Origin: Asterias rubens
Taxonomy: Eukaryota
DNA length: 64,000 nucleotides
NCBI RefSeq assembly: GCF_902459465.1
Contig: NC_047070.1
Coordinates: 16,368,001-16,432,000 of the forward strand
Direction of reading: 5' to 3'
Positions 11,756-22,745 of this stretch are shown in pieces. Every line of letters starts with the position of its first letter. Position 1 is the first letter of the stretch. The position numbers and the translations under genes are program-made. The notes below the pieces were generated by a model, which saw only the letters and a program-made list of their open reading frames with translations, was not told where the DNA came from and ran no database searches.

Positions 11756-13732
11756 TCATTCCGGACATTTAATGGAGATGTCTGTAAAATTTGTCCATGC
11801 TTTGCGGAGGGAATCGGCAGTTCCATATTTATGTGACACCATAGATTCCTGGAGGAAGCATTTGTGCATGTTTTTGCCTTCACTCCCGAATACTTTGAAT
11901 GCGCTATTGTGCGTTATGGGCACCCCTATCCTCTTGGCAAGGATACCGTGGTACGCGTCGTCGATCGGTATGATCGAAGTCCGTTGGGCTGCTTCATACA
12001 TTGCCGGAATGGTACTTCCTGAAATGACGTAACCTCCTCCGGAGCAATATGGCGGATAAAATTTCCCCCTGTATTGTTTTTTTGACACGTGGTACCTACT
12101 CTTAGCGTCGTCTATATGGATGCTTGTCCACATGGCGTTACCTATGAACATTGCCTTGTGTTTTTCTTTACTCAACTTTTCCAAGAATTGTATGATGTTT
12201 TTCATATTCACAAACATGTCGTCGTCTCCTTTGTAGTAGTACTTTGTGTGAGGGCAGTTTTCGGTCACCCATTTCAATCCGAAGACCACTTTCAGGGTGA
12301 GGTTGTGGAAGGACTCTCTGAATTCTGCTTGGATGATGTCTCCGTGTCTTTCGTTCTCTTCGTTGACTTTCTTTTGTATCTCGGCTGTGTTCTTTGTCTC
12401 TGTAGCAAGTGTGAAGAGCAAGACGGTTTGTTTCCCGAAGAACACCCTCTGCTTTCCCCATGTCTCCCGAATGGCCTGCCTGCGTTTGAAGTTACTCTGC
12501 AGGGAGCTAATCAGGAGCATTAGGAACACATCCCTTCTCTTGCCCTTCTCAAAACATACATCATCTTGGGAAACAACCTCCTTCAGACACTTCTCAAAGT
12601 ACTTGTGGTTGGATACGTTACTTGGAAGCACCAAATCTAACCTGGGGTCGACGCAGTTTCTTCTGCTCTCAGGGCTGCTTATGTTTCTGTAAACTTCAAA
12701 GAACGTATCAGCTTTTCGAAATCTCATTGCGGCTGTAAGAACATTTTCCGGGAGACAACCGCCCATTTTCAAATCGCTCTGTGTGAATGCATTGTTGTTG
12801 ACAAGTCTGAAAGAAAGCTTCTCAGCAATGATTGACACAAAGACGTCATCAAGGGTTACTAGGGGTGCGTGACGTGAATGTTCTAAGATGAGATCCACGG
12901 CGTCCATGGTGAGAATGAAACCAGCTTCTGATGTACAATACTCAGGGAAAGCCTTTCTAGGGTAGAGTTCCTTTGACACATAGTAAACGCTTTTGGGGTC
13001 TCGTACTGGTATCGTTGCAGACGATCGCCTCCCGTGCCACGCCCTCACCAGCTCGTCGCCTTTCAAAGACTTTAAATAGTTATTTACTGTTTCTGAGTTT
13101 ACGAACATGTGGTCACTGCCGTACATAACAAACTTTACGCCAGAGCATTTTCGAGCCGCCCACTTCAACCCGAGGAGGAGTTTCAAAGTAGAGGACCGAG
13201 TCCCCCCTCGAAAGTTCCCGAATAAAATATCATTGAAAGTTTCACTCTCGTTCGCAATAGGTCCTTTGAGCTTGTCCTCCGCTAGACCTACTACAAATAT
13301 AACTTTAAACCCATATTTTGTGTTAATCGTTGTGTTGGCCCAGGTGTCACGAATCACATGGCGGGTTTGGACTTTGTCTGGACTGGACGTTAAAAGGATT
13401 ACCACGGTCACACTGTCCTTAATATGCGGACGGACTCGGTTTAAGCATTCAGGCGCTATATCGAGAGTTAACACTTTCTTGAGGTATGCTGTGTTAACGT
13501 CAGTCTTATTCCACAGATTAGTCACGGTGGTCGGTCCAATTGTGGACTTATGGGAGGCGGTCAACTCGACCTGCAACCGAGTGGTGGCGACATCTTTGAT
13601 CGAGAAGGGAAGGACGTTAACTTTTGATTGATCCTTGATAAAGTTAGTGTAAATAAAGGCCGCAGTAGCGTGAAAGGCATAGATGCAGATTGCGACGAAG
13701 AGGGCGTATTTACGGCGGTTTTTTATAGCCAT
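11756..13732 (-). CDS. GT31 B3GALT1-like protein, two tandem domains (gene 2, 658 aa from the first ATG)
   Basis: The ORF-track start at 13819 is GTG; the first ATG is 13732 (MAIKNRRKYALFVAICIY, basic tail then TM). Motifs RHVIRDTW, YGSDHMFVN, RQAIRETW, KGDDDMFVN, YPPYCSGGGY, DDAYHG. Confidence 0.92.
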   Translation of the reverse strand: MAIKNRRKYALFVAICIYAFHATAAFIYTNFIKDQSKVNVLPFSIKDVATTRLQVELTASHKSTIGPTTVTNLWNKTDVNTAYLKKVLTLDIAPECLNRVRPHIKDSVTVVILLTSSPDKVQTRHVIRDTWANTTINTKYGFKVIFVVGLAEDKLKGPIANESETFNDILFGNFRGGTRSSTLKLLLGLKWAARKCSGVKFVMYGSDHMFVNSETVNNYLKSLKGDELVRAWHGRRSSATIPVRDPKSVYYVSKELYPRKAFPEYCTSEAGFILTMDAVDLILEHSRHAPLVTLDDVFVSIIAEKLSFRLVNNNAFTQSDLKMGGCLPENVLTAAMRFRKADTFFEVYRNISSPESRRNCVDPRLDLVLPSNVSNHKYFEKCLKEVVSQDDVCFEKGKRRDVFLMLLISSLQSNFKRRQAIRETWGKQRVFFGKQTVLLFTLATETKNTAEIQKKVNEENERHGDIIQAEFRESFHNLTLKVVFGLKWVTENCPHTKYYYKGDDDMFVNMKNIIQFLEKLSKEKHKAMFIGNAMWTSIHIDDAKSRYHVSKKQYRGKFYPPYCSGGGYVISGSTIPAMYEAAQRTSIIPIDDAYHGILAKRIGVPITHNSAFKVFGSEGKNMHKCFLQESMVSHKYGTADSLRKAWTNFTDISIKCPE

Positions 13733-15569
13733 GATGGCTAGTACTACAACTGAAAAAAATAATTGGCTTAAAAATGTGGGTTTTTTGTTTTGTCGTTCTT
13801 TAAAGGTAACATTTAACACTAGATTGCAAATATAGCTGCGAGGGCAACTTCAAAACGACACCCTTCAGGCTGTTGGTGCTGGGTTGTGTTGACTGTGTCA
13901 TGTGCCCACGGATATCAAGCTCTGCAACAGACACACAATAAATGTAAGTTATACCATGTTGTCTAGACTGAAAGTTCTACCATGTTGTCCAGAATGTGCA
14001 ACAAAAGTTTTTTTAAACACATTCATATTCATGTTATATCCCTAATTCACTCAAACTAGGGTTTCTTTCAAGCCTAAAAGCTCAAGTGACAAGATCTGGA
14101 CTCGAACCCACACTGAATTGATTAAAAACAACTGAGATTTACCTCTCTCAAAGAAAGTGCGACCCACCCCGGAAAAAACCCCCAACAAGACCACACACAC
14201 TAAAAGAAAAACACACGACAACGTATCAAACACCCAAACACCCCAACAAACAATAAACAAACAAACAAATAAACAAACTAACACACCAACACTAGAAAAC
14301 AAAAACATCCACAAAATGATAATTGACTTGACTAGGAAATTCGTCAATTTTATTATTTTTTCATTAACAGGTTGGGGATCCGGGAGATTTTGACTGCTTG
14401 CGGGATGACGGAAGATTGCCGTCAAATACGGGAGTCTTCCGCAAAATCCGGAAGAGTTGGCAGCTCTGCTAGTCCCAACTCTTTGTGAAATCGAGCCCTT
14501 GCATTGTAATGTACAAACAACATGGATCTGTACACGCTACTATTATAAACAATCACCGTTTCCTCGATATTGTCTTCACTTATAATTCATTCAGATAGTA
14601 TGAAAGGTACAAGAATTTGTTCAACCAAAAACAAATCCACCCGAAATTTAATTTCATTGAAAGCCTGCAACACCTATTAGAGTACTCAAACTCCCATAGT
14701 ATGTATGTTTCGGTGCATACAATATTAACGTTTTCAAGCAGTTCTGCACTAATTTCTCATCTTTAATTTCAGAACAATGTCACGATAACATAAATATACA
14801 TAAATTGGTCGAGTAAATAATAATAAAAATAATAAATCAATAACTAGGTCGCGAATGCGGAAGCATATTTTGCAAAATATAGCGTGCAGGGATAATAATC
14901 AAGCGTGAACTGTGTCCAGTTGACCAAACTCTACAACAGATATAACATGAACGTAAATTATGCTATGCGGTCTTGAATGAAACAACGTCTCGACATTAGA
15001 ATGTTGCAACTAAAATTAATATAGGTGCAGCAATGATGATAGTAAAACTAATCAAAATATTAATGATAGTTATATTTCATATGAGCAACTCAAGCGTTTA
15101 CCATTACTTAGCTTCCAGTAACTCGGTTTTGAATTTTTTAACTGATGAGAACCAGTTTTCGAGTCCACGAATTTGATTTCGAGACATCACAGTGAAATTT
15201 TGAGGTCCCAAAAACAAGCATCTGAAGGCACGCAACTTCGTGTGACAAGGGTCTTGTTCTTCCGTTATTATCTCGCAACTTCGACAACCAAATTCGTTAA
15301 GATACATCAAGTGAGAAGACTGGTCTAATAGTAAAAATTGGAACAAACTTCACTCTAAATCGAGTTTAAAGTATTCGTCTTTTACTCTAGAAAGAGTTGT
15401 CTACCAAATAGCTCTTTGCAAGAGTGGTATGGCGGACAAAACCAGTGTTTTTTCACTTATTTACGTTTTAGCGAACCTAGTCTACCCGTTAGTGAAATCT
15501 GTCAATTTATTCTTGTCCACCAAACTGTGCACAAGGAAACAAACACACAGAAATGTCACTATCTCGAAT

Positions 15570-15870
15570 TTTGTTTACGTCAAACGTGTGCGCTTACCTT
15601 GTCGTATGTAGCCAATTGGTGGTGGGCTAATTGTGACTACGATGGGTGAGTATGGCGACTATTTTCGGGGGAAATCCTCCACGGACTGAAAGCTTTTACC
15701 GCAGCTTCCTCGGCACGTATAAAATGGCAGTCTCTCTCTTAGAGTTTATGCATTTTGATTGGTCGAAGGCTAGGTCACGTTGAGTGCATTCTGGGAAAGA
15801 AAGACCATCTCCAGAACCAGCGATTAAATGGCCCCTGCAGGAGCATATGTGTACAAACTTGTATGCAATA
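15570..15870 (-). promoter_or_regulatory. Putative promoter and non-coding first exon of gene 2
   Basis: Module conserved three times, each upstream of a minus-strand GT31 gene. Donor gacaag|gtaag (exon edge 15598), aaaatggc (YY1-like) and CCAAT-like motifs. Matching acceptor tgttgcag at 13922. Confidence 0.55.
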
Positions 15871-16110
15871 GCATATCGTGAGGTGAACCGTCCAATCAAC
15901 GGTGTTGTTTTTAATAATTATTTTCGGCAAAGATTAAGGTGCCGTGTGCACCGTGCGCGCATAAATAGCCAGGCACGAACACACAACACGCATAGCATAT
16001 CGTGAGGTGAACTGTCCAATTAACGGTGTTGTTTTTAATAATTATTTTCGGCAAAGATTAAGGTGCCGTGTGCACCGTGCGCGCATAAATAGCCAGGCAC
16101 GAACGCACAA
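15868..16110. repeat. Tandem duplication, period 124 bp
   Basis: atagcatatcgtgaggtgaa... at 15868 and 15992. Confidence 0.9.
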
Positions 16111-17150
16111 CAAACCAACATAAGGCTAAAGATGGTATGTGCCTATCCCCTATGATGTTTTTGACAGAGCTCATAGTCTTTTGGTAGTTATTTTTTTGTT
16201 GTAAGGGCGGTCGGGAGGGGGTGTGGCTGTGTACAGGAGGAAAAGAGTGTGTTAAGCTAATTAAACCCTTGGGGGGGGGGGGGGCACCCTCTGCCACATT
16301 TCGGCATGGTTTACATCCAACAAACGTTAGTAGCACACATGCGTTTTTCGGATTGAAAAGTTTTCACAAGGCTCTCACAGCTGCATGTGAATAACGCCCT
16401 CTGTGTCGGTCCAAATTTCATTCTGGCTTTTCAACAATATTTCCCAAAACCCTACCATAAGGCAACAATGGTGCTTTTTAAAATTATTTTTCTGTAATTT
16501 CGATGACCAATTGAGTCAAAATGTTCACAGATTTGTCATTTTATGCATGTTCGGATACACCAAGTGAGAATACTGGTCTTTGACAATTACCAAACGTGTC
16601 CAGTTTCTAAAAACTCGTATATCTATTTGTTAACAATGTGTACCCTCCCGGAAAGGGACGCTATATACGACAGCGTGAAAGTTTGGCTGTTTTCTGTCAT
16701 TCTGCAAGTCATTATAGAAATATCCCTACATGGAAGCTAAAAACTTGTCTTTGGAATATTTGAGATATTACCTTTTGGGGGAATAAAGCAGCGTCAAATC
16801 TTTCAACAACTACGTGGCTTTGTGGGATAGGATTTCAATTCAATTCAATTCAATTCAGTTCAATTCACTTTATTTCCAAATCCAAACAAATAAACAAAAC
16901 AATAAGCAGTGAATAAATGACTATGTTTTACAAGCAAATGGAATAATGATAATACATGAAGTAATACTATAATACTACATTTACGAGCAAAGGCAAAATA
17001 TAAATTACGGAAAACAAAGCAAAAAAAACCCATACAGAGCACAAGGTGATGGAGTTGGAGGGGGCCCATAAAAAGCAAAGCTTGTCGAGTATGGACCCCC
17101 TAACGAAAGCAATAAAGCATAACAATGAGTTTTGGAATCTTTGGAGCTTA

Positions 17151-17299
17151 ACACAGGCACCGATAACGAGAACGAAGACGAGACGATAAAAATGCACGCC
17201 CTCGATTGGTTGAATCGTATTCTGAGTGGAGCAATTCAACCAATCGAGGGCGTGCATTTTTATCGTTCTCGTTTTCGTTCTCGTTGTCGGGGCCTGTGT
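17151..17299. mobile_element. Palindromic MITE
   Basis: acacaggc.ccga.aacgagaacgaa...aaaaatgcacgccctcgattggttgaat and its inverse. Confidence 0.75.
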
Positions 17300-17989
17300 G
17301 ACCGGGCCTTAAACAGATACAGGAAAAGAAGAAGAAGGAAGAAGAAGGACAGTGGAAAGAAAGAAAATGGGAAAGTTAGGACAGGTGTAAGGAGAAAGTG
17401 ATTCACAAGAAGAAAGAACAATGACCCAAGGATGAAGGGAAACCTTGAAAGATAAACCAACCTGAACAAAGAGGCTGTGAAACATACTCTGCTCTATGTG
17501 ATGTTTGAAGCTTTGCATAGTGTGCAAGGATAAGACTAAACTATGATGGTAAACTTGCGGGCACAAAGCAGGCAATGTTTTGGAAGGTGTGTTTTCTCTG
17601 AAAAGAGCCGGCTTAGTCTCGACGTTTCGAACAGTATACTCTGTTCGTATTCATGGGTGTACCCGCAAGTTGATCATTATTTATAGTTTATTCCAGACTC
17701 TACTCTACGTTACACGCTGTGTGCCGTATACATAAACGCCACAGCCAACAGCCTCCAACTGCAATAGTTTTTACAAGCGCAATTTTTATTGTAAACGGTC
17801 TACCTGAGGTCAATGCTTCCATACACAACATTCATTTAATAGAATTCTAAACACAATAATTCAATTTGAATGGAAGGGAGTAGGTTGCTTTCATCGTTCA
17901 TCGCACCTGGCTAAGACGGCCAGGATAAACAAAAGCGTACTACTACACTATGACCCAAAAGCCTGCTTATCCAATCCTCGAATGGTTAG

Positions 17990-18300
17990 ATACTATAAAA
18001 TAAACAAATATAAAATGAATAGGGTAGATGGCCTTAGCTTTCGATCCAATCCGGACCTTCTTCAGAGGCATAAAACAAGTACAAACAAATACATATCCAT
18101 TTATAGAAAAAGAGAGGGGGAAAGGGATTAAGGAAAGGATCCAGAAAGAAGCAGGAAAATAACAGCCAATCAAAGTTCCTATTTCAGAAACAATATTGGT
18201 GGCTATAAACCAATAGGAGTGAAGTGGCGAGGACAAAGGATGTTTAGAATGAAAGGAAGGGTTACTGGACCATAAAAGCGGTAAATGTATTGTTCGACAA
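17990..18300 (-). mobile_element. Penelope-like element terminal fragment
   Basis: Pyrimidine-rich tract ending in the hammerhead motif; present in only one arm of the inverted duplication. Confidence 0.45.
18031..18069 (-). ncRNA. Minimal type I hammerhead ribozyme motif (Penelope-like element associated)
   Basis: Minus strand GCCT-CTGAAGA-A-GGTCC-ggatt-GGATC-GAA-AGCT-A-AGGC. Stem I GCCT/AGGC, conserved core, 5-bp stem II, palindromic stem III AGCT, CUA cleavage triplet. Confidence 0.65.
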
Positions 18301-18395
18301 TCTTTTCTCCCAAACACACAAAACCATGTGTTATGAGTCACCCGCAAGCCTATCTTTTTGGCCATCAAGCCTTGATAAGCGTCGTCGATTTGGCA
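18301..18395 (-). pseudogene. Inverted copy of the same GT31 3' relic
   Basis: Reverse complement of 6015-6110 (IDDAYQGLMAKKIGLRVTHNTWF). Confidence 0.85.
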
Positions 18396-18403
18396 GGCAT
18401 TTT

Positions 18404-18435
<32 letters not shown>

Positions 18436-18937
18436 TAAACGTTTATTCAATGTTGCGAATAGTGTATAATACAGAGTAATATGGATACAATTAATGTAAA
18501 TATAACAAATATTAAAAGGTGAAACTTTAAACAACACATGTATTTTGAGTTAAAAAAATTCTAAAAATTTGTTCACTATTTTAATTTTAAAAAGCATAAA
18601 AACTACACCCTATAAAATTTATTAAAAATTACCTCAAACCATTGATTCTTAATATAAGCATTGCGTTGCTCAATTAACACCTTCAATTGTGCTTAGCATT
18701 GGTCTCTAAAAAGTTTCTTCCTTTCTTTTCAGGATGACTGATGCATGCATGTAACTGTAGTCAACACATTAATGGAAGTGCAAGGCAAACACTTCCCGGA
18801 AGTGATTTAAACAATGCACGAACAATGTACAATGTCAAAGAAGGGGTCAGAAGCTAAAGATGTTGATTAGAAAATCTCTCCAGCAGGATACAAAGTTAGC
18901 TTTAAAAGCAGTTGTATGGTATTTGTAACAGTTTGCA

Positions 18938-20149
18938 CTAAATGCATGGAATAGAGTCATTGGTGTATATACTCCATGCTGTACGAAGGTCCACAGATGA
19001 GCGTAAGTTTTTGTAATGCTTCACCACGCACTGCTCTAGAGAGCATTTGCTTGGACTTGTTTTCTTGCCTTTTCTCGGTAACACAAGAAACTGTTTGTTA
19101 TGAGTAATCCGCAAGCCTACCTTTTTGGCCAGCATGCCTTGATATGCGTCGTCGATTGGTATAACATGAATCCATCGAGACGCTTTAAACATCTCCGGAA
19201 TGAGGTTCCCTGAAATGACGTAACCACCACCTGAGCAATATGGCGGATAATATGCCTCATTAAACTGGGTTTTGGGGACATAATACTTGCTCTTTTTTAT
19301 AGTTACTGGACGACTTCTTAACATTCTATTGCCCACAAACAATCTCCTCTTGTTCGACTCACTGGTCTTGTTCAGCAATGTTATAATGTTTTTCATATTC
19401 ACAAACATGTCGTCGTCTCCTTTGTAGAAGTACTTTGCGTGAGGGCAGTTTTCGGTCACCCATTTCAATCCAAAGACCACTTTCAGGGTGAGGTTGTGGA
19501 AGGACTCTCTGAATTCTGCTTGGATGATGTCTCCGTGTCTTTCGTTCTCTTCGTTGACTTTCTTTTGTATCTCGGCTGTGTTCTTTGTCTCTGTAGCAAG
19601 TGTGAAGAGCAAGACGGTTTGTTTCCCGAAGAACACCCTCTGCTTTCCCCATGTCTCCCGAATGGCCTGCCTGCGCTCGAAGTGACTCGGTAAGGAGCTG
19701 ACAAGCAATAGCAGGAATACATCTTTTTTCTCCCCTGTTCTTTCAAAACAAATATTACCGTGTGTTATCACCGTTTTGAGGCACTGCTTGAAATATCTGT
19801 CGTTGGTTCCATCTCCTGGGAACCAGTCTGGCCTGCTACAGTTCCGTCCATTTAATTCCATATTTAAGCATTCCTGTCCTCTATCGAGAGTTAACACTTT
19901 CTTCAGGGATGTTGTGTTAACGTCAGTCTTATTCAACGTATTTGTCATGGTGGTCGGTCCAATTGTGGACTTTGTGGAGTTGGTCAACTCGACCTGCGAC
20001 CGACCGATGTCGACATCTTTGAACGAGAGTACATGTACCTTATGTACCTTAATGATGTCAATGTAAATAAGGGTCGCAACCATTGCCATAATGGAGTATG
20101 AGCATATTGCGAGGATGAGAACGTATTTGTGGTGGTTTGTTATAGCCAT
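18938..20149 (-). CDS. GT31 B3GALT1-like protein, single domain, chimeric (gene 3, 403 aa)
   Basis: First ATG at 20149 (MAITNHHKY; track start 20158 is GTG). TM and stem resemble gene 2. The catalytic domain from CSRPDWF onward is almost identical to gene 1 domain 2. Confidence 0.9.
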   Translation of the reverse strand: MAITNHHKYVLILAICSYSIMAMVATLIYIDIIKVHKVHVLSFKDVDIGRSQVELTNSTKSTIGPTTMTNTLNKTDVNTTSLKKVLTLDRGQECLNMELNGRNCSRPDWFPGDGTNDRYFKQCLKTVITHGNICFERTGEKKDVFLLLLVSSLPSHFERRQAIRETWGKQRVFFGKQTVLLFTLATETKNTAEIQKKVNEENERHGDIIQAEFRESFHNLTLKVVFGLKWVTENCPHAKYFYKGDDDMFVNMKNIITLLNKTSESNKRRLFVGNRMLRSRPVTIKKSKYYVPKTQFNEAYYPPYCSGGGYVISGNLIPEMFKASRWIHVIPIDDAYQGMLAKKVGLRITHNKQFLVLPRKGKKTSPSKCSLEQCVVKHYKNLRSSVDLRTAWSIYTNDSIPCI

Positions 20150-20355
20150 GGTAAGCACTAGTGGACAATAGTTTTTTATGTTTTTTTATGTTATATTCTC
20201 TTTAGAGGTCCCATTGAAAACTGCAGAGGGAGAAAGAGTGTTGCTGGAGGTCAACATCTCAATGCGATAAATCATGCGTGAACTGCATCCAGTAGGCAAA
20301 AAATCTGCAACCAACACACAATGATTGTAAGTTCTACCATGTATTCTTTAATTAA

Positions 20356-21019
20356 AGGCAGTGAACACGTTTGGTTATTGTCAAAGACCAGTATTCTCAC
20401 TTGGTGTATCCCAACATATGCATATATTAACAAGCCTGCGAACATTTTGATTCAATTGGTCATTGAAGTTGCAAGAAAATAAAAAAATGAAAACACCCTT
20501 ATTGTACAAAATTGTGTGCTTTTAGATAGGAATAAAGGGCTTCTGGCCAGAAGTCTTTTATTATTTTAGTGAGAAATGACCTCTTTCTAAAAAACTGTAT
20601 ACTACAGTAATTTTTTTGAGTAATTATTACCAAACGTGTACAGTACCTTTAAAGGCAGTGGACACTATTGGTAATTACTCAACATAATTATCAGCATAAA
20701 ACCTCACTTGGTAACGAGTAATGGGGAGAGGTTGATAGTATAAAACATTGTGAGAAACGGCTCCCTCTGAAGTGACGTAGTTTTTGAGAAAGAAGTAATT
20801 TTCCACGAACTTGATTTCGAGACCTCAAGTTTAGAACTTGAGGTCTCGAAATCAAGCATCTAAACGCACACAACTTCGTGTGACAAGGGTGTTTTTTCTT
20901 TGATTATTATCTCGACCAATTGAGCTCAAATTTTCACAGGTTTGTTATTTCATGCATATGTTGAGATACAACAAGTGAGAAGACAGGTCTTTGACAATTA
21001 CCAATAGTGTCCACTGTCT
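20356..21019. mobile_element. Two abutting family-A MITEs sharing one TTAA
   Basis: Copies at 20356-20648 and 20653-21019, joined by TTAA at 20649-20652. Confidence 0.75.
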
Positions 21020-21088
21020 TTAAGCTAACGCATTGGATCGTATGAATAAAAAGAAACAGGTTCACATTTAACTGCAATTTTTTAATGA

Positions 21089-21575
21089 AGGTTTTCTCGG
21101 CCAGTTTCGGAGAAAATGAACAGCCAATTTAATTTTCATGCGTTCGGATTAAAGCTATTTTGCCTCTACAGTTTTCTGCGTTTCAAATTCAGAATTCGTC
21201 CATTCAATCCTTTAGCACTCTGTTCAATCATTTTAAATTTCGTAAAGAGGCAATCAATTTTGCTAAATGAGGATTGGAGTAAGCACATCTGAAGAACTAC
21301 GAATAAACAGATAAACTGTACTAGGCAAATGAATTTGAATTGCTAAACACACGCCTCAAAGACACATCCTGTGAATTTGAATGCAATTTGCTGCAATTCG
21401 ATCATGACTTACGTAAATCGAATGAATGTTTTGTTAAATCAAATGACGTAACAGCACAATTTAACTAGTTCTAAAACGAAATTAAATGACCCTTTTAAGT
21501 AGCATTCGATTCCGCGCAAAATAGAATAGCATGGTGATTAAATTGTCTGCTCATTTGCCGAAATTGACCGAAAAA
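21089..21575. mobile_element. MITE with AGGTTTTCTCGG termini
   Basis: Inverted ends ggttttctcggccagtttcgg..aatgaacagccaatttaat / attaaattgtctgctcatttgccgaaattgaccgaaaaa; related half copy at ~10880-11162. Confidence 0.6.
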
Positions 21576-21973
21576 TAAATTTCCAAATTGTGAAAAACAT
21601 GCTGTAGATTGTACGCATCGATCTATTTTCTTTTCAATGCTAACATTTTAAAAAATTTTAAACTCCACTTATTTGATGCGTTTTATCATATATTTTGTCG
21701 TGTTTGAGTTTCAAGAGATAAACAAATCTGTCCCCTCTTCTTTTTGAGCAGCAAAGGATAAATAAACCAATCCCTTCCACTTTACAGCATTAATTTGAGC
21801 AGCAAAGATTATAAACATCTATCTCCTCCCCTTTTTGGTTAAGTTTGTGCACCCGATATTGACTTTGTTCTCTCGTAATTATTTTATGGATAAAAAAGCG
21901 TAATTAAAAAATAAATAAATAAAGGGCATTTATGAATGGAAGTTAAAGAGTATAGCGACGAGTTATTAAATGG

Positions 21974-22110
21974 CCCTTTAAAACCGTTCAGGGTGGAGGC
22001 CGTGGAATGAAGCGGACCAGGCCGTTATCGCACGACCACGACCCTTTAAAACCGTTCAGGGTGGAGGCCGTGGAATGAAGCGGACCGGGCCGTTATCGCA
22101 CGGCCACGAC
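21974..22110. repeat. Tandem duplication, period 68 bp, CpG-rich
   Basis: ccctttaaaaccgttcagggtggaggccgtgg... at 21974 and 22042. Confidence 0.9.
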
Positions 22111-22171
22111 CTGGCCAGTTTTAAACGGCCGTTGAATTGAAGAACTCGTCGCACACTCTTTTATTTACTTA

Positions 22172-22745
22172 TTGTTTTCATCAAACGTTGTATGCTTACC
22201 TTGTCTGTCGCCAATTGGTGGTGGGTTGATTGTGACTACGATGAGTGAGTATCGCGACTATTTTCGGGGTAAATCCTCCACGGACTGAAAGCTTTTCCCG
22301 CAGCTTCCTCGGCACGTATAAAATGGCAGCCTTTTCTTTTATTATCAAATATAACTTATCGCGTTTGAGAGTTTATGCACTCTGAATGGGAATCTAGTGA
22401 CATTGTGTTCACGTCACGTATTCAACTGCGAAAGAAAAAAGACTGCCTCAGTGAACTTGCAAATAAAAGGCCCCTGAACGAGCATATTATTTTTGTGAAC
22501 AAACTTGTATAGAAGGCTGTGGTTTTGATTCAATGAAATACAGTATGCTTATTGTCCTTGGTCTCTGATATATGTCAAACCAATGGAATAGGCTTCTGTA
22601 TCCTGTACTGCAACTTTGGTTAGCCTACTTTGTAGAAGACTGGATACTTTGGAGATTTCTCTGTTCCAATATATCGAACTATGTACAAACTTCTTCTGGT
22701 AGCGCCCTCTTTTGAATCCTCCTCCTCCAGCGCATGTTATTTCCC
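22172..22745 (-). promoter_or_regulatory. Putative promoter and non-coding first exon of gene 3
   Basis: Homologous module; donor gacaag|gtaagc (exon edge 22200); acceptor ggttgcag at 20305. Confidence 0.55.

Larger units (their letters stand above)
17755..19840. repeat. Right arm of the inverted segmental duplication
   Basis: Near-identical reverse complement of the gene 1 domain 2, 3'UTR, (TATC)n and relic region. Confidence 0.9.

Noticed and set aside
13107-13631. 174-aa antisense ORF and other ORFs overlapping the GT31 genes (e.g. MGKAEGVL..., MRAVFGHP..., MTTLRVKL...)
   Set aside because: Shadow frames of the real CDSs; they recur only because the underlying DNA is duplicated.
13733-13819. 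N-terminal extension MLNVTFKER... of gene 2 (and MLT of gene 3)
   Set aside because: Both begin at GTG; homology among paralogs starts at the MAI ATG.
14051-14425. Hydrophobic ORFs here and at 53268-53927
   Set aside because: Produced by GTTT/AAAC low-complexity tracts.
15640-15730. Reading the conserved module as a plus-strand unit (gtgagt donor, TATAAAA)
   Set aside because: On the plus strand the TATA-like motif lies downstream of the donor and no plus-strand exon partner exists. The minus-strand reading fits gene orientation, but this is not proven.
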